From Pseudomonadota bacterium (GTDB lineage Bacteria; Pseudomonadota; Gammaproteobacteria; Burkholderiales; Casimicrobiaceae), in the NCBI GenBank assembly GCA_041691615.1, contig JBEPUI010000009.1, positions 12,888-76,887 of the forward strand: DNA of 64,000 bases, in the 5' to 3' direction. Every line of letters starts with the position of its first letter. Within the stretch, counting starts at the first letter, position 1. The position numbers and the translations under genes are program-made. Positions 1 to 9,589 of the stretch are shown piece by piece. The notes beneath the pieces are model-generated. The model was not told where the DNA came from. It ran no database searches and saw nothing but the letters and a program-made list of their open reading frames with translations.

Positions 1-463
1 TCGCGGCATCGCGCAGCATGGCGAGACCGTCCACGCCCTTGCCCTGGAATGCATACGGCGAAGTGCGCGGCTTGAACGCGCCGCCGCGCATCAGGCGCGC
101 ACCGCCGGCCGCCACGGCGTCGGCCGCCGCCGCCATCTGCGGCGGCGTCTCGACCGAGCACGGTCCGGCGATCACCTGCACGTCGTCACCGCCGAAACGC
201 GCGCCGCGCACGTCGACGACGCTGTTGGCCTTGTGCCACTCGCGCGCGACCAGCTTGTACGGCTTGAGGATGTGCAGCGACCGCTCGACGCCCGGCAGCG
301 GATCGAACATCTCGGGGTCGAGCTTGCGCTCGTCGCCGATGGCGCCGATCAGCGTGCGCTCGGCGCCGCGCGAGATGTGCACGTCGAGCCCGTGGCTTCG
401 AATGCGCGCGGCGACCGCGTCGATTTCCGCGCCGCCGGCATCGGGTTGCATCACTACGATCAT
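1..463 (-). CDS. aroF: 3-deoxy-7-phosphoheptulonate (DAHP) synthase, type I-beta with N-terminal regulatory domain; partial, runs off the window start
   Basis: Not in the ORF track (no stop in window). Manual translation from ATG 463: MIVVMQPDAGGAEIDAVAARIRSHGLDVHISRGAERTLIGAIGDE...IAGPCSVE...RGGAFKPRTSPYAFQG, which carries the type I-beta motifs. SD gaaggagg lies just upstream. Confidence 0.93.
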   Translation of the reverse strand, partial: MIVVMQPDAGGAEIDAVAARIRSHGLDVHISRGAERTLIGAIGDERKLDPEMFDPLPGVERSLHILKPYKLVAREWHKANSVVDVRGARFGGDDVQVIAGPCSVETPPQMAAAADAVAAGGARLMRGGAFKPRTSPYAFQGKGVDGLAMLRDAA

Positions 464-493
464 GTCGCCCTCCTTCATCAGGAACTCCGTGCA

Positions 494-528
494 CAAAACA
501 AAACGGGCGGCCTTTTTGGGGCCGCCCG
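494..528 (-). terminator. Rho-independent terminator (attenuator) upstream of aroF
   Basis: Minus strand reads cgggcggcc-ccaaaaa-ggccgcccg (9-bp GC stem) followed by ttttgttttg, about 30 nt before the aroF start. Confidence 0.85.
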
Positions 529-552
529 ATCGATGAAACTAATTCTGAAGAT

Positions 553-675
553 TTACGCGCGCGCGGTCCCCGGGAGTTGGCCCTTATAAAAATACGCGAC
601 GACTTGCCAGCGCGTGCTGCGCTGGGTCGAGATGCCGGATCGGGAGGCGCGCAACGGCGCCGAACGCGAGTTCAT
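553..675 (-). CDS. Putative 40-aa aromatic leader peptide MNSRSAPLRASRSGISTQRSTRWQVVAYFYKGQLPGTARA
   Basis: Manual translation from ATG 675 to TAA 553. Trp codon at 609-607 and Tyr-Phe-Tyr codons at 594-586, directly upstream of the terminator and aroF. Confidence 0.72.
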   Translation of the reverse strand: MNSRSAPLRASRSGISTQRSTRWQVVAYFYKGQLPGTARA

Positions 676-681
676 GGAGTC

Positions 682-711
682 AGTGTCGCATCAAAGCGCG
701 GAGCGCGTCAA
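682..711 (-). promoter_or_regulatory. Putative sigma70 promoter for a leaderless leader-peptide transcript
   Basis: TTGACG (711-706), 18-nt spacer ending TGC, GACACT (687-682), then 6 nt to the leader ATG. No SD before that ATG. Confidence 0.5.
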
Positions 712-1760
712 CGCACCTCGTTGCGCAGCCGGTCGAGCTCGCGCTCGATCGCTTCGGCGACGTAGGTCCGCAGCAGCTCGCCGACATGCTGGTTGATCGT
801 GGCCACCAGTTCGGCGCTGGCGCGATCGACGATGGGCTTGAGGCGCTCGCCCAGCTGCTCGCGCAGTCCGGTATCGGTGAACATGTCGATGCGCTGCAGG
901 ACCTGCATGCGCACTTCGTCGATCAGCTCCGCCGTCGATGCTGCGACAGCGCTCGATGCGGCGGCGCTGGACGCGGCTGCCGCCTCGGCGGCCGCGGCGG
1001 CGGCTCCCTGCGTGTCGTGCGCGCGCGCCCGGTCGATTTCGCGGCTGTCGGCAATCACCGCGATCGACTTCGGCGCGGGGCCCAGCACGCTGTCGTCGCC
1101 TTGCATCGCCTCGTCATTCCAGATCGACGGCACGCCTTCGTCGGCGGCGGCAATCAAGGCGGCATCGATTTCCTCGATGGCGTCGGTCAGCACCGGCACG
1201 TCGGCGAACGCCCTGGCGGCCGGTCGCGACGCATCGATCGCCACGAGCGGCGGCACATCGGCTACCGCGGGCGATTGCCACGACTGCGCGGGTTGCGGCA
1301 GCGAGGCCGACTCGACGCGAGCGGGCGCGTTGACGACCGGCGGCACGATGCGCGCTGCTTCGTAAGCCGGCCGGGAAACGCGCTCAGCCGGCGCGCGTGG
1401 CGACGGATCGTCAAGCACGTGCGGTTGCGGATCGTTCAATGCGCGCGCTGTCGATTGTGCACTCCCGTGCGCCGCAGTTTCGGGCGGCGCGCGAAGCGTG
1501 GGCTCGGTAGGCCCGTCGTTACCGTGCAAACGCGAATCGAGCGACGGTGAAGATGGGCTGGGGGTGTGGGCGGGGGCGGCCGGCGGCGATTGCATCGACT
1601 CGGTCAGCACCGGAAAATCGCCGGGCGCGGCCTTGCGCGTGGTGGTCATCGGCGCCATCGTCCGGGGCCCCATCGCCGGCGACATCGTGTCGCGCGCGCG
1701 GTTTCGCCGCATCAATGCATCGGCCTGTTCCAGCAGTTCTCGCGCAGAGGGCATCGTCAT
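708..1760 (-). CDS. Hypothetical protein, DUF2486-like; long Pro/Ala/acidic low-complexity linker and helical C-terminus
   Basis: 350-aa ORF overlapping the holC stop, with repeated PVLT(E/D) motifs. Position after holC matches the betaproteobacterial pepA-holC-DUF2486 order. Confidence 0.7.
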   Translation of the reverse strand: MTMPSARELLEQADALMRRNRARDTMSPAMGPRTMAPMTTTRKAAPGDFPVLTESMQSPPAAPAHTPSPSSPSLDSRLHGNDGPTEPTLRAPPETAAHGSAQSTARALNDPQPHVLDDPSPRAPAERVSRPAYEAARIVPPVVNAPARVESASLPQPAQSWQSPAVADVPPLVAIDASRPAARAFADVPVLTDAIEEIDAALIAAADEGVPSIWNDEAMQGDDSVLGPAPKSIAVIADSREIDRARAHDTQGAAAAAAEAAAASSAAASSAVAASTAELIDEVRMQVLQRIDMFTDTGLREQLGERLKPIVDRASAELVATINQHVGELLRTYVAEAIERELDRLRNEVR

Positions 1761-2185
1761 TCTCCCCGCTCGGAAAGGTTGTGCGTGCGCAACGCATAGC
1801 CGCGCTCGCGATAGAACCGGTAACGCGTCCGGCCGGCCTCGGCCGCCTCGTCATCGACGCCGACGATCTCGGCCACGCGTTCGAAGCGGCTGAAAAAAGG
1901 CGGTGTCTGCGGATGCAGGTTGATCAATACGGCAGCAGGACCGTCATGTTCCAGCGCGTCGTCGACGATCACCGGCGTTTCCGAGGCATTGGCGCCCGCC
2001 AGCCTGCAGTGCGGGATGAACGACAGTGCCGACTGCGTCCACAGCAGCCTGTCCAGCGCCGCCGTTGCGGCGGCATCCGCAGTGAGCACGCGCACCGACC
2101 CGTGCTGCGCCCACGCCTTGGCGACGATCCGGGCCGCTACGTCGAGCGGCGATGCCACATGTGTGTAGAAATCGATCGCGGTCAT
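1757..2185 (-). CDS. holC: DNA polymerase III chi subunit
   Basis: IDFY...LDRLLWT...FIPHC...LINL...FFSRFERVAEIV...RYRFYRERGY; follows pepA. Confidence 0.93.
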   Translation of the reverse strand: MTAIDFYTHVASPLDVAARIVAKAWAQHGSVRVLTADAAATAALDRLLWTQSALSFIPHCRLAGANASETPVIVDDALEHDGPAAVLINLHPQTPPFFSRFERVAEIVGVDDEAAEAGRTRYRFYRERGYALRTHNLSERGE

Positions 2186-2239
2186 GTCCGAGTCCTGCCG
2201 GGTGCCTTAAGCCATAAGGGCCGCGGTCGTGGCGCGGCG

Positions 2240-3742
2240 CTACTGCGCCACCGGTTCGCCGTGCGTCAGCAGCCATCGCGTCAACAGCGGCACCGGACGC
2301 CCGGTGGCGCCCTTTTCCTTGCCTTCCTTGTATGCGATGCCGGCGATGTCCAGGTGGGCCCAGTCGTACTTCTTGGCGAAGCGTGACAAAAAGCAGGCGG
2401 CGGTGATGCTGCCCCCTGCCCGGCCCGCGACGTTGGCCACGTCGGCGAAGTTGCTCGCCAGCCCTTCCTGGTAGTCGTCCCATAGCGGCAGCTGCCAGGC
2501 GCGGTCGTAGGCATCATCCCCTGCTTGCAGCAATGCGCGTGCCAGCGTGTCGTTGTTGCTGAACACCCCGCAGGCAACGTGTCCCAGCGCGATCACCATG
2601 GCCCCCGTCAGCGTGGCGACGTCAACCACCGCCTCGGGCTCATAGCGCTCGGCGTAGGTCAGCGCGTCGGCGAGGATCAGCCGGCCTTCGGCGTCGGTGT
2701 TGAGCACCTCGATCGTCTGTCCCGACATGCTCGTGATCACGTCGCCGGGCTTGGTCGCTCGCCCGGACGGCATGTTTTCGCAGGCCGGCACCAGCACCAC
2801 GAGGTTGATCGGCGCGTTGATCTCGGCGATCGCGCGCATCGTGCCGAGCACTGCCGCAGCGCCGCACATGTCGTACTTCATGTGATCCATGTCGGTCGGC
2901 GGCTTCAGCGAAATGCCGCCGGTGTCGAAGGTGACGCCCTTGCCCACCAGCACGAACGGCTTGGCCTTGCGCGCCGATTTCATGTATTCGAGGATCAGGA
3001 ACCGCGGCGGCTCGTCGCTGCCGCGCGTGACCGACAGGAACGAACCCATGCCCAGCGCCTCGATCTCCTTGCGTTCGAGCGCCTGCACCTTGATGTCGGG
3101 AAACTCCGCGGCCAGCTTGTGCGCCTGTTCGGCGAGATAATCGGGGGTGCAGACGTTGGCGGGGGTGTTGCCGAGATCGCGCGCGAATTCCATGCCGTGC
3201 GCAATGGCGAGGCCATCGGCCGCGGCGCGTTCGCCATCGGTCAGGTCGGAACGCTGCGGCACCGACAAGGTCAACTTGCGCAGTGGCCGGCGCACCTCGG
3301 TGGGTTCGCTCTTCAGGCGTTCGTAGCGGTAGACGGCGTCCATCGCGACCACGACCGCATGCTCGATGCGCCACGCGACTTCGCGCCGCTTGACCTTTTC
3401 CTCGGTAAGGTAGATGACTGCTTCGTACGACCCGGTTTCGTTGAGCAGCTTGACCGCGGCGCGGATGCCCGCGCGAAACTCCTTGTCGCGGAAATCGCGT
3501 TCCTTGCCGAGACCGACCAGCAGCACGCGGTCGGCCAGCGTGCCGCGAACGTTGTGCAGCAGCAACGTCGCACCGAGCTTACCCTCCATGTCGCCGCGAC
3601 GGATGATTTCGCTCACGTACCCGTTGGACGCACGATCGACGAGTTCGGCCGACAGCGACAACTTGCGGTTGTCGAACACCCCCACCACGACGCAGGCGCT
3701 GCGCTGTTTCTCGGGACTGCCGCTTTTTATGGTAAATTCCAT
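2240..3742 (-). CDS. pepA: Leucyl aminopeptidase (M17)
   Basis: GKGVTFDTGGISLK, MKYDMCG and NTDAEGRL motifs; 500 aa. Confidence 0.97.
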   Translation of the reverse strand: MEFTIKSGSPEKQRSACVVVGVFDNRKLSLSAELVDRASNGYVSEIIRRGDMEGKLGATLLLHNVRGTLADRVLLVGLGKERDFRDKEFRAGIRAAVKLLNETGSYEAVIYLTEEKVKRREVAWRIEHAVVVAMDAVYRYERLKSEPTEVRRPLRKLTLSVPQRSDLTDGERAAADGLAIAHGMEFARDLGNTPANVCTPDYLAEQAHKLAAEFPDIKVQALERKEIEALGMGSFLSVTRGSDEPPRFLILEYMKSARKAKPFVLVGKGVTFDTGGISLKPPTDMDHMKYDMCGAAAVLGTMRAIAEINAPINLVVLVPACENMPSGRATKPGDVITSMSGQTIEVLNTDAEGRLILADALTYAERYEPEAVVDVATLTGAMVIALGHVACGVFSNNDTLARALLQAGDDAYDRAWQLPLWDDYQEGLASNFADVANVAGRAGGSITAACFLSRFAKKYDWAHLDIAGIAYKEGKEKGATGRPVPLLTRWLLTHGEPVAQ

Positions 3743-3844
3743 CGCGATCCCTTCTCTCCGATCCGTCTGTTTCCTTGCGGTTAAGCGGATTGCCGCGAAT
3801 TATCGGCAAATTCGCTCCAAAAAGTCAAAATATTTCCCAGCGTC

Positions 3845-4960
3845 ATGATCTACCGGCGCACGCTCATCCGTGAACTGACCGCGACCGCTTTCGGTCTGTT
3901 CTTGATTTTGCTGGGTATTTTGTTCACCAACCTGGTGTTGCGGCTGCTGGCGCGCGCGGCCGGCGGGACGGTGGCGCCCGAAGGAATCCTCGCGCTTCTT
4001 GGCTTCAACGCCGTCTTTTACCTCAATATCCTGCTGTCGGTTGCGTTGTTCCTGACGGTTTTGCTGACGTTGTCGCGCTGGTACCGCGACAGCGAGATGA
4101 TCGTGTGGTTTACGTCGGGTCAGGCGCTGACCGCGTCGTTGAAGCCCATTCTGTGGTTTTCGGTGCCTTTCCTGCTGGCGATCATCGCGCTGTCGCTGTT
4201 CGTTTCGCCGTGGGCCGAAAAGCGCAAGCTCGAATACGAGCAGCAGCTCGAAAATCGCGACGAAGTGACGCTGCTGGCGCCGGGGTTGTTCAAGGAATTC
4301 AAGCGCGTCAAGCTGGTCGTCTACGTGGAAAGCATCGATACCTTCAACGGCACGATCCGCAACGTATTCCTGCACTCGATCGGCGAAAAACAGGATGAAA
4401 CCACGGTCGCGCGCACCGCGCACCTCGAGGAAGCCAAGAACGGCGATCGCTTCATCGTGCTCGGCGAAGGCCGGCGCTATGAAGGCAAGCCGGGCTCGCC
4501 GGATTACCGGGTCGTGGAGTTCGACAAGCTGGCGCGGCGCATCGAGCCGGCCGAGGCGCGCGCGATCACGCTGTCGCGCAAGGCGATGTCCTCCGAGCAG
4601 CTGGTGGCGGTGGCCGATCCTTCCGAGCGCTCGGAGCTCTTCTGGCGGCTATCGGTGCCCATCGAAGCGCTGGTGCTCGTGCTGCTGGCGATCCCGCTGT
4701 CGTATGTCAATCCGCGAATGGGCCGCTCGTTCAACCTCATTTCCGCGGCGTTCCTGTACATGCTGTACTCGAACTGTCTCAATATCGTGCAAAGCATGAT
4801 CGCGCAGGGCAAGCTCAACTTCTGGGTGGGGCTCGCATTGCCGCACCTGATCGCGCTGGCGCTGGTGTTCGTGCTGTTCCGCCAGCAACTCTCGGTCACC
4901 GGGCTGCTGCGCGGGCGACGCAAGTCGCCGCCGGCCGCCGAGCCCATGGAGCCCTCGTAG
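3845..4960 (+). CDS. lptF: LPS export ABC permease LptF
   Basis: MIYRRTLIRE..., SRWYRDSEM; divergent from pepA and upstream of lptG. Confidence 0.93.
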   Translation: MIYRRTLIRELTATAFGLFLILLGILFTNLVLRLLARAAGGTVAPEGILALLGFNAVFYLNILLSVALFLTVLLTLSRWYRDSEMIVWFTSGQALTASLKPILWFSVPFLLAIIALSLFVSPWAEKRKLEYEQQLENRDEVTLLAPGLFKEFKRVKLVVYVESIDTFNGTIRNVFLHSIGEKQDETTVARTAHLEEAKNGDRFIVLGEGRRYEGKPGSPDYRVVEFDKLARRIEPAEARAITLSRKAMSSEQLVAVADPSERSELFWRLSVPIEALVLVLLAIPLSYVNPRMGRSFNLISAAFLYMLYSNCLNIVQSMIAQGKLNFWVGLALPHLIALALVFVLFRQQLSVTGLLRGRRKSPPAAEPMEPS

Positions 4961-4963
4961 CCC

Positions 4964-6046
4964 ATGCGCCTGCTGCGCCGCTACCTCGGCCGCGAGGTGT
5001 TGCTCGCGACGCTGCTGATCTTCGTCGCGCTGGTCATGCTGTTCGGATTCTTCGACCTGATCCAGGAATTGTCGGACGTCGGCCGCGGTGGCTACACGCT
5101 GTCTACGGCGCTGTTGTACGTGGCGCTGCACCTGCCGTCGCGCATGTATGAATTGTTTCCCGTCGCGGCGCTGATCGGCACGCTGTTCGCCATTTCCCAA
5201 CTCGTTGCCAACTCCGAGTACACGGTGATGCGCGCGTCCGGCGCGTCGCTCGCGCAGGTGACGTGGTCGGTGGTCCGCGTGGGCATCCCGCTGGCGCTGG
5301 CCACGTTCCTCGCCGGTGAATTCGTCGCACCGCCGGCCGAGCGGCTCGCGCAGACACTGCGCGCCTCGCAGGGCGATTCGTCGCAGGTCGTGGCGCAGCA
5401 GTTCGAGAGCGGGTTCTGGTTCAAGCAGGACAGCACGTTCGTCAACATCCGGTCGGTGCTGTCGGACATGACGCTGGTGGGGGTGCACATCTACGAGTTC
5501 GATCGCGATGCGCGACTGACGCGCGTGCGCAGCGCGGAGTCCGGACGCTTCGACGCCAGTCACAACCAGTGGCAGCTGTCCAACATCAGCACCACCGACA
5601 TCAGCGGCGACCGCACCCGCGTGAGCACTGCGCCAACGTGGATGTGGGAGACGGTGTTGCGCCCATCGATCCTCACCGTCTACACGGTCGCGCCGGAGCG
5701 CCTCGAGCTCGACACCCTCTACGACAACATCAAGGTGCTGAGCGGCAATTCGCAGAAGACCTCGCGCTTCGAGATCGCCTTCTGGACCAAGATCTTCTAC
5801 CCGCTCTCGGTGATCACGATGATGATCCTGGCTCTGCCGTTCGCGCATTTCCAGCGCCGTGCGAGCGGCGTCGGATTCCGCATCTTCATCGGCACGATGC
5901 TGGGGCTCGCGTTCTTCCTGATCGGGCGCCTGTTCTCGAACCTGGGCGTGCTGAACGACTGGCCGCCGCTGTTCAGCGCGGTGACGCCGGTCGTGTTCTT
6001 TATCGTGGTGGCGTCATCGATGATGTACTGGATGGAGCGACGCTGA
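4964..6046 (+). CDS. lptG: LPS export ABC permease LptG
   Basis: RRYLGREV..., SEYTVMRASG, YEFD; follows lptF. Confidence 0.93.
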   Translation: MRLLRRYLGREVLLATLLIFVALVMLFGFFDLIQELSDVGRGGYTLSTALLYVALHLPSRMYELFPVAALIGTLFAISQLVANSEYTVMRASGASLAQVTWSVVRVGIPLALATFLAGEFVAPPAERLAQTLRASQGDSSQVVAQQFESGFWFKQDSTFVNIRSVLSDMTLVGVHIYEFDRDARLTRVRSAESGRFDASHNQWQLSNISTTDISGDRTRVSTAPTWMWETVLRPSILTVYTVAPERLELDTLYDNIKVLSGNSQKTSRFEIAFWTKIFYPLSVITMMILALPFAHFQRRASGVGFRIFIGTMLGLAFFLIGRLFSNLGVLNDWPPLFSAVTPVVFFIVVASSMMYWMERR

Positions 6047-6070
6047 CCGCGCGGTGGTGAACCGCCAAGC

Positions 6071-6102
6071 AAAACCGGCGCCCCTGATGATGGGTGCGCC
6101 GG
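6071..6102 (-). terminator. Probable terminator of rplU-rpmA, between convergent lptG and rpmA
   Basis: ccggcgc-ccc/ggg-t-gcgccgg hairpin, followed by ttttgc on the minus strand. Confidence 0.55.
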
Positions 6103-6176
6103 CCGTTTGCTTCGAGATGTGCCGGGTGTTGCCCGGAATGCGAACTGCCTTTGGCGAACTGCCCGCGGCGAACTGA

Positions 6177-6449
6177 CTACGCCGACTTGGCTTGGGCCTC
6201 GAGCACGTTGGCGAACTTGTCCTGCTTCGCGCCCTTGGTGGTGAAATTCACCGTGCCGTCGACCAGCGCGAACAACGTGAAATCCTTGCCCATGCCAACG
6301 TTGACGCCCGGGTGGATCGGCGTGCCACGCTGGCGGACGATGATGCCGCCTGCGCGAATGACTTCGCCGCCGTAGACCTTGGTGCCAAGCCGCTTCGACT
6401 GGGAGTCGCGGCCGTTGCGCGAACTGCCGCCTGCTTTTTTATGTGCCAT
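6177..6449 (-). CDS. rpmA: 50S ribosomal protein L27
   Basis: [22 protein letters not shown]. Confidence 0.98.
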   Translation of the reverse strand: MAHKKAGGSSRNGRDSQSKRLGTKVYGGEVIRAGGIIVRQRGTPIHPGVNVGMGKDFTLFALVDGTVNFTTKGAKQDKFANVLEAQAKSA

Positions 6450-6484
6450 GAATGAATATCCTTGCGTTGCGATTGAAAGCGCGT

Positions 6485-6796
6485 CTAGCCGACGATCGCC
6501 TCGATCCGGAGTTCGGTGAAATTCTGCCGATGGCCCTGGTGCCGCTGGTAATGCTTGCGCCGGCGCATCTTGAAAATCTTCACCTTGTCGCCGCGCCCAT
6601 GCGCGACAACCGTCGCCGTCACCGTCGCGCCTGCGACGGTCGGCTGGCCCAGACGGACGCTCTCGCCTTCACCGACCATCAACACCTGGTCGATGACCAC
6701 ACTCGCGCCCACATCCGCCGGTATCTGTTCTACTTTGAGTTTTTCGCCGGGGGCAACCTTGTATTGCTTGCCGCCGGTTTTTATGACCGCGTACAT
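6485..6796 (-). CDS. rplU: 50S ribosomal protein L21
   Basis: [14 protein letters not shown]...KMRRRKHY...GHRQ; start set at ATG 6796 (103 aa). Confidence 0.98.
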   Translation of the reverse strand: MYAVIKTGGKQYKVAPGEKLKVEQIPADVGASVVIDQVLMVGEGESVRLGQPTVAGATVTATVVAHGRGDKVKIFKMRRRKHYQRHQGHRQNFTELRIEAIVG

Positions 6797-7073
6797 GAGT
6801 GAAACTCCTTGTTCGTATCTTCGACGCGCCCACTGCGCCAGGGGGCTTCCCCAGGGGCGTCCCGAGCCGCGACGCTTTGCATAGGCGCGCGCCGTGAAAA
6901 GTCTTGAAGTATAACGGGATTTAGCGGGTTTGGTCAATCCGGCCGGCCCCGCCGTGCGCGCGGGCTGCAAGGGTAGAATCACGCTCCGCCCTAACGCTCC
7001 CGCCGCGCCCGATGGGCCGCAGCCAAGGGCACGCCACCGGCGTCTTTCTCGTATTTTTGGCATTTTCCCGCCT

Positions 7074-8042
7074 TTGAGCATCCCTTTCCTGTCCTCCGTC
7101 GTCGCCGCAGACATGGCCGAAGTCGATGCCGTGCTGCGCCGGAGCCTGGCCTCGGACGTGGCACTGGTCCGGCAAATCGCCGAGTACATCGTCGGCGGCG
7201 GCGGCAAGCGGCTGCGCCCGGCGGTGGTGCTGCTCGCCGCAGGGGCGTTGGGCTACCAAGGCCGCGACCACCAGCAGCTGGCCGCGGTGATCGAGATGAT
7301 CCACACCGCGACGTTGCTGCACGATGACGTGGTCGACGAGTCGTCGCAGCGCCGCGGACGCGCCACGGCCAATGCCGCGTTCGGCAACGCCGCTTCGGTG
7401 CTGGTCGGGGACTTCCTCTATTCGCGCGCGTTCCAGCTGATGGTCGCCACCGGCCGGATGCGCGTGCTGTCGATCCTCGCCGACGCCACCAACGAGATCG
7501 CCGAAGGCGAAGTCCTGCAATTGATGAACGTCGGCAACGCCGACATCGACGAGGACGCCTACGTGGGCGTGATTCGGCGCAAGACGGCGAAACTGTTCGA
7601 GGCGGCGGCGCGGCTGGGTGCCGTGCTCGGTGATGCCCGCCCCGAGCAGGAAGACGCGCTTGCCCGTTACGGCATGCATCTCGGCATCGCGTTCCAGATC
7701 CAGGACGACGTGCTCGACTACGAAGGCGACGCCGTCACGCTGGGCAAGAATCTCGGCGACGACCTGGCCGAGGGCAAGATGACGCTGCCGCTGATCCGCG
7801 CACTCGCCACCGCCTCCGCCGCCGATGCCGCGTTCGTGCGCGCCACGCTCGCCAACGGCGAGTCCGCCGACTTCGCGCGCGTGCACGCGCTGCTCGAATC
7901 GACCGGCGCGATCGCCTATGCGCGTGGACGGGCCGCACAGGAAGCTCAATCCGCGGCCGACTGTCTCGCACATCTGGCGCCGTCGCCGCAGGCGACGACT
8001 CTGCTACAATTATCGACTTTCGCGGCGGACCGGGACTACTAG
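7074..8042 (+). CDS. ispB: Octaprenyl/polyprenyl diphosphate synthase
   Basis: [24 protein letters not shown] and [12 protein letters not shown] motifs. The start (TTG 7074) is inferred from the typical length. Confidence 0.93.
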   Translation: MSIPFLSSVVAADMAEVDAVLRRSLASDVALVRQIAEYIVGGGGKRLRPAVVLLAAGALGYQGRDHQQLAAVIEMIHTATLLHDDVVDESSQRRGRATANAAFGNAASVLVGDFLYSRAFQLMVATGRMRVLSILADATNEIAEGEVLQLMNVGNADIDEDAYVGVIRRKTAKLFEAAARLGAVLGDARPEQEDALARYGMHLGIAFQIQDDVLDYEGDAVTLGKNLGDDLAEGKMTLPLIRALATASAADAAFVRATLANGESADFARVHALLESTGAIAYARGRAAQEAQSAADCLAHLAPSPQATTLLQLSTFAADRDY

Positions 8043-8198
8043 AACATCGGGGTCCCAAATCCCGAAATCCCGCGCCGGCGACAGCACTGTTGCCGGCATC
8101 AGCGAGTCGGATTGCACGCGATTCGCGAATGGGCTGCCTCGCCGCGAAGCGCAAGCAAACTGCAAAAGCAAAGCGAGCAACGCAACAACGCCGTCATT

Positions 8199-8275
8199 CG
8201 GGGTGTAGCTTAGCCTGGTAGAGCGCTACGTTCGGGACGTAGAGGCCGGAGGTTCGAATCCTCTCACCCCGACCA
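8199..8275 (+). tRNA. tRNA-Pro (anticodon CGG)
   Basis: cggggtg...ctacg-ttCGGga-cgtag...ggttcgaatcc...caccccg-acca; cloverleaf with encoded CCA. Confidence 0.96.
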
Positions 8276-8430
8276 TTCCCGCATCCTCCGTTTGCGCCCG
8301 GACAATGCGCCGGACGGGGCCGCACGCTTTGCCCGTCGCCGCCACACGCCCTTTCGTTTGAACCCTATAATTGCCAGACCGATGGCTGACGGCACGCGAC
8401 CGTGGCCCGCGTATTCGAGGAGAAATTGAC

Positions 8431-9531
8431 ATGCAAGCACGCTGGATAGGACTCGCCGCTGCGCTGTGCGCGGGCGCCGCACTCGCACAGGCCGTTCCCG
8501 CCGGATACCCGGCCGATTACGCGCAGACGATCGCGGCCGCGAAAAAGGAAGGCAAGGTCGTCATTTACAGCGCGCTCGACACCAAGGCCGCGCAGCCGTT
8601 GATCAAGGACTTCAACGCGCTCTACCCCGACATCAAGGTCGAGTACAACGACATGAACTCGACCGAGTTGTACAACCGCTACATCGCCGAATTCGCGTCG
8701 GGCCAGGGCGGCGCCGACGTGATGTGGAGCTCGGCGATGGACCTCCAGGTCAAGCTCGTCGATGAAGGCAAGGCGATGCCCTATGCGTCGCCGGAAGCGT
8801 CGAAGCTTCCGAGCTGGGCGGTGTACAAGGGCGAGGCGTGGGGCACGACGTATGAACCGGCGGTGTTCATCTACAACAAGCGCCTCGTCACCGGCGACGA
8901 GATTCCGCAGGACCATGCGGCGTTCGCCAAGCTGATCGACAGCAAGGCCGACAAGTACAAGGGCAAGGTCACGACCTACGACATCGAGAAAAGCGGTGTC
9001 GGCTTCATGTTCGTCGTGCAGGACACCAAGTACTACCCGGGGATCAAGGACCTGGAAAAGGGCTTCGGCAAGTCGAGCTATCGCGTCTACGCCAGTACCG
9101 GCAACATGCTCGAAAAGGTCTCGTCGGGCGAGCACCTGCTCGGCTACAACGTGCTCGGCTCGTACGCGCTGGTGCGTGCCAAGAAGGACCCGTCGCTCGG
9201 CGTGGTGCTGCCCAAGGACTTCACGCTGGTGCTGTCGCGCGTGATGTTCATCGGCAAGCAGGCGAAGAATCCCAATGCCGCGAAGGTGTGGACTGACTAC
9301 ATCCTGTCGGTGCGCGGCCAGAAGATGATCGGCGGACCGGTCGAGCTGTTCGCCGTGCGCACCGACGTCGACGCCGAGTACACGGCGGCAACGCTCAACA
9401 AGGAGCTCGGTTCGAATGTCAAGCCGATCCCGGTCAGCTCGGAGATCGTCACCTATCTCGATCCGAAAAAGCGGCTCGACTTCCTGAATGCCTGGAAAGC
9501 CGAAGTGACGGCGGGCGCCGCCGGCAAGTAA
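8431..9531 (+). CDS. ABC transporter substrate-binding protein (FbpA/AfuA-like cluster)
   Basis: Signal peptide, AAKKEGKVVIYS motif, SD gaggag before ATG 8431. Confidence 0.88.
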   Translation: MQARWIGLAAALCAGAALAQAVPAGYPADYAQTIAAAKKEGKVVIYSALDTKAAQPLIKDFNALYPDIKVEYNDMNSTELYNRYIAEFASGQGGADVMWSSAMDLQVKLVDEGKAMPYASPEASKLPSWAVYKGEAWGTTYEPAVFIYNKRLVTGDEIPQDHAAFAKLIDSKADKYKGKVTTYDIEKSGVGFMFVVQDTKYYPGIKDLEKGFGKSSYRVYASTGNMLEKVSSGEHLLGYNVLGSYALVRAKKDPSLGVVLPKDFTLVLSRVMFIGKQAKNPNAAKVWTDYILSVRGQKMIGGPVELFAVRTDVDAEYTAATLNKELGSNVKPIPVSSEIVTYLDPKKRLDFLNAWKAEVTAGAAGK

Positions 9532-9589
9532 CCCTGTTCGACGCTCGCGGCGCGCTCGCTTCATCCCGTCCGCCGCGAGCCTCCCGCCC

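Noticed and set aside
6797-7073. N-terminal extensions of rplU and ispB in the ORF track
   Set aside because: They overlap in the divergent promoter region and lack family similarity; starts were moved to 6796 and 7074.
8199-8430. tRNA-Pro as an island integration site
   Set aside because: No duplicated 3' end or integrase; downstream genes have host-like composition.
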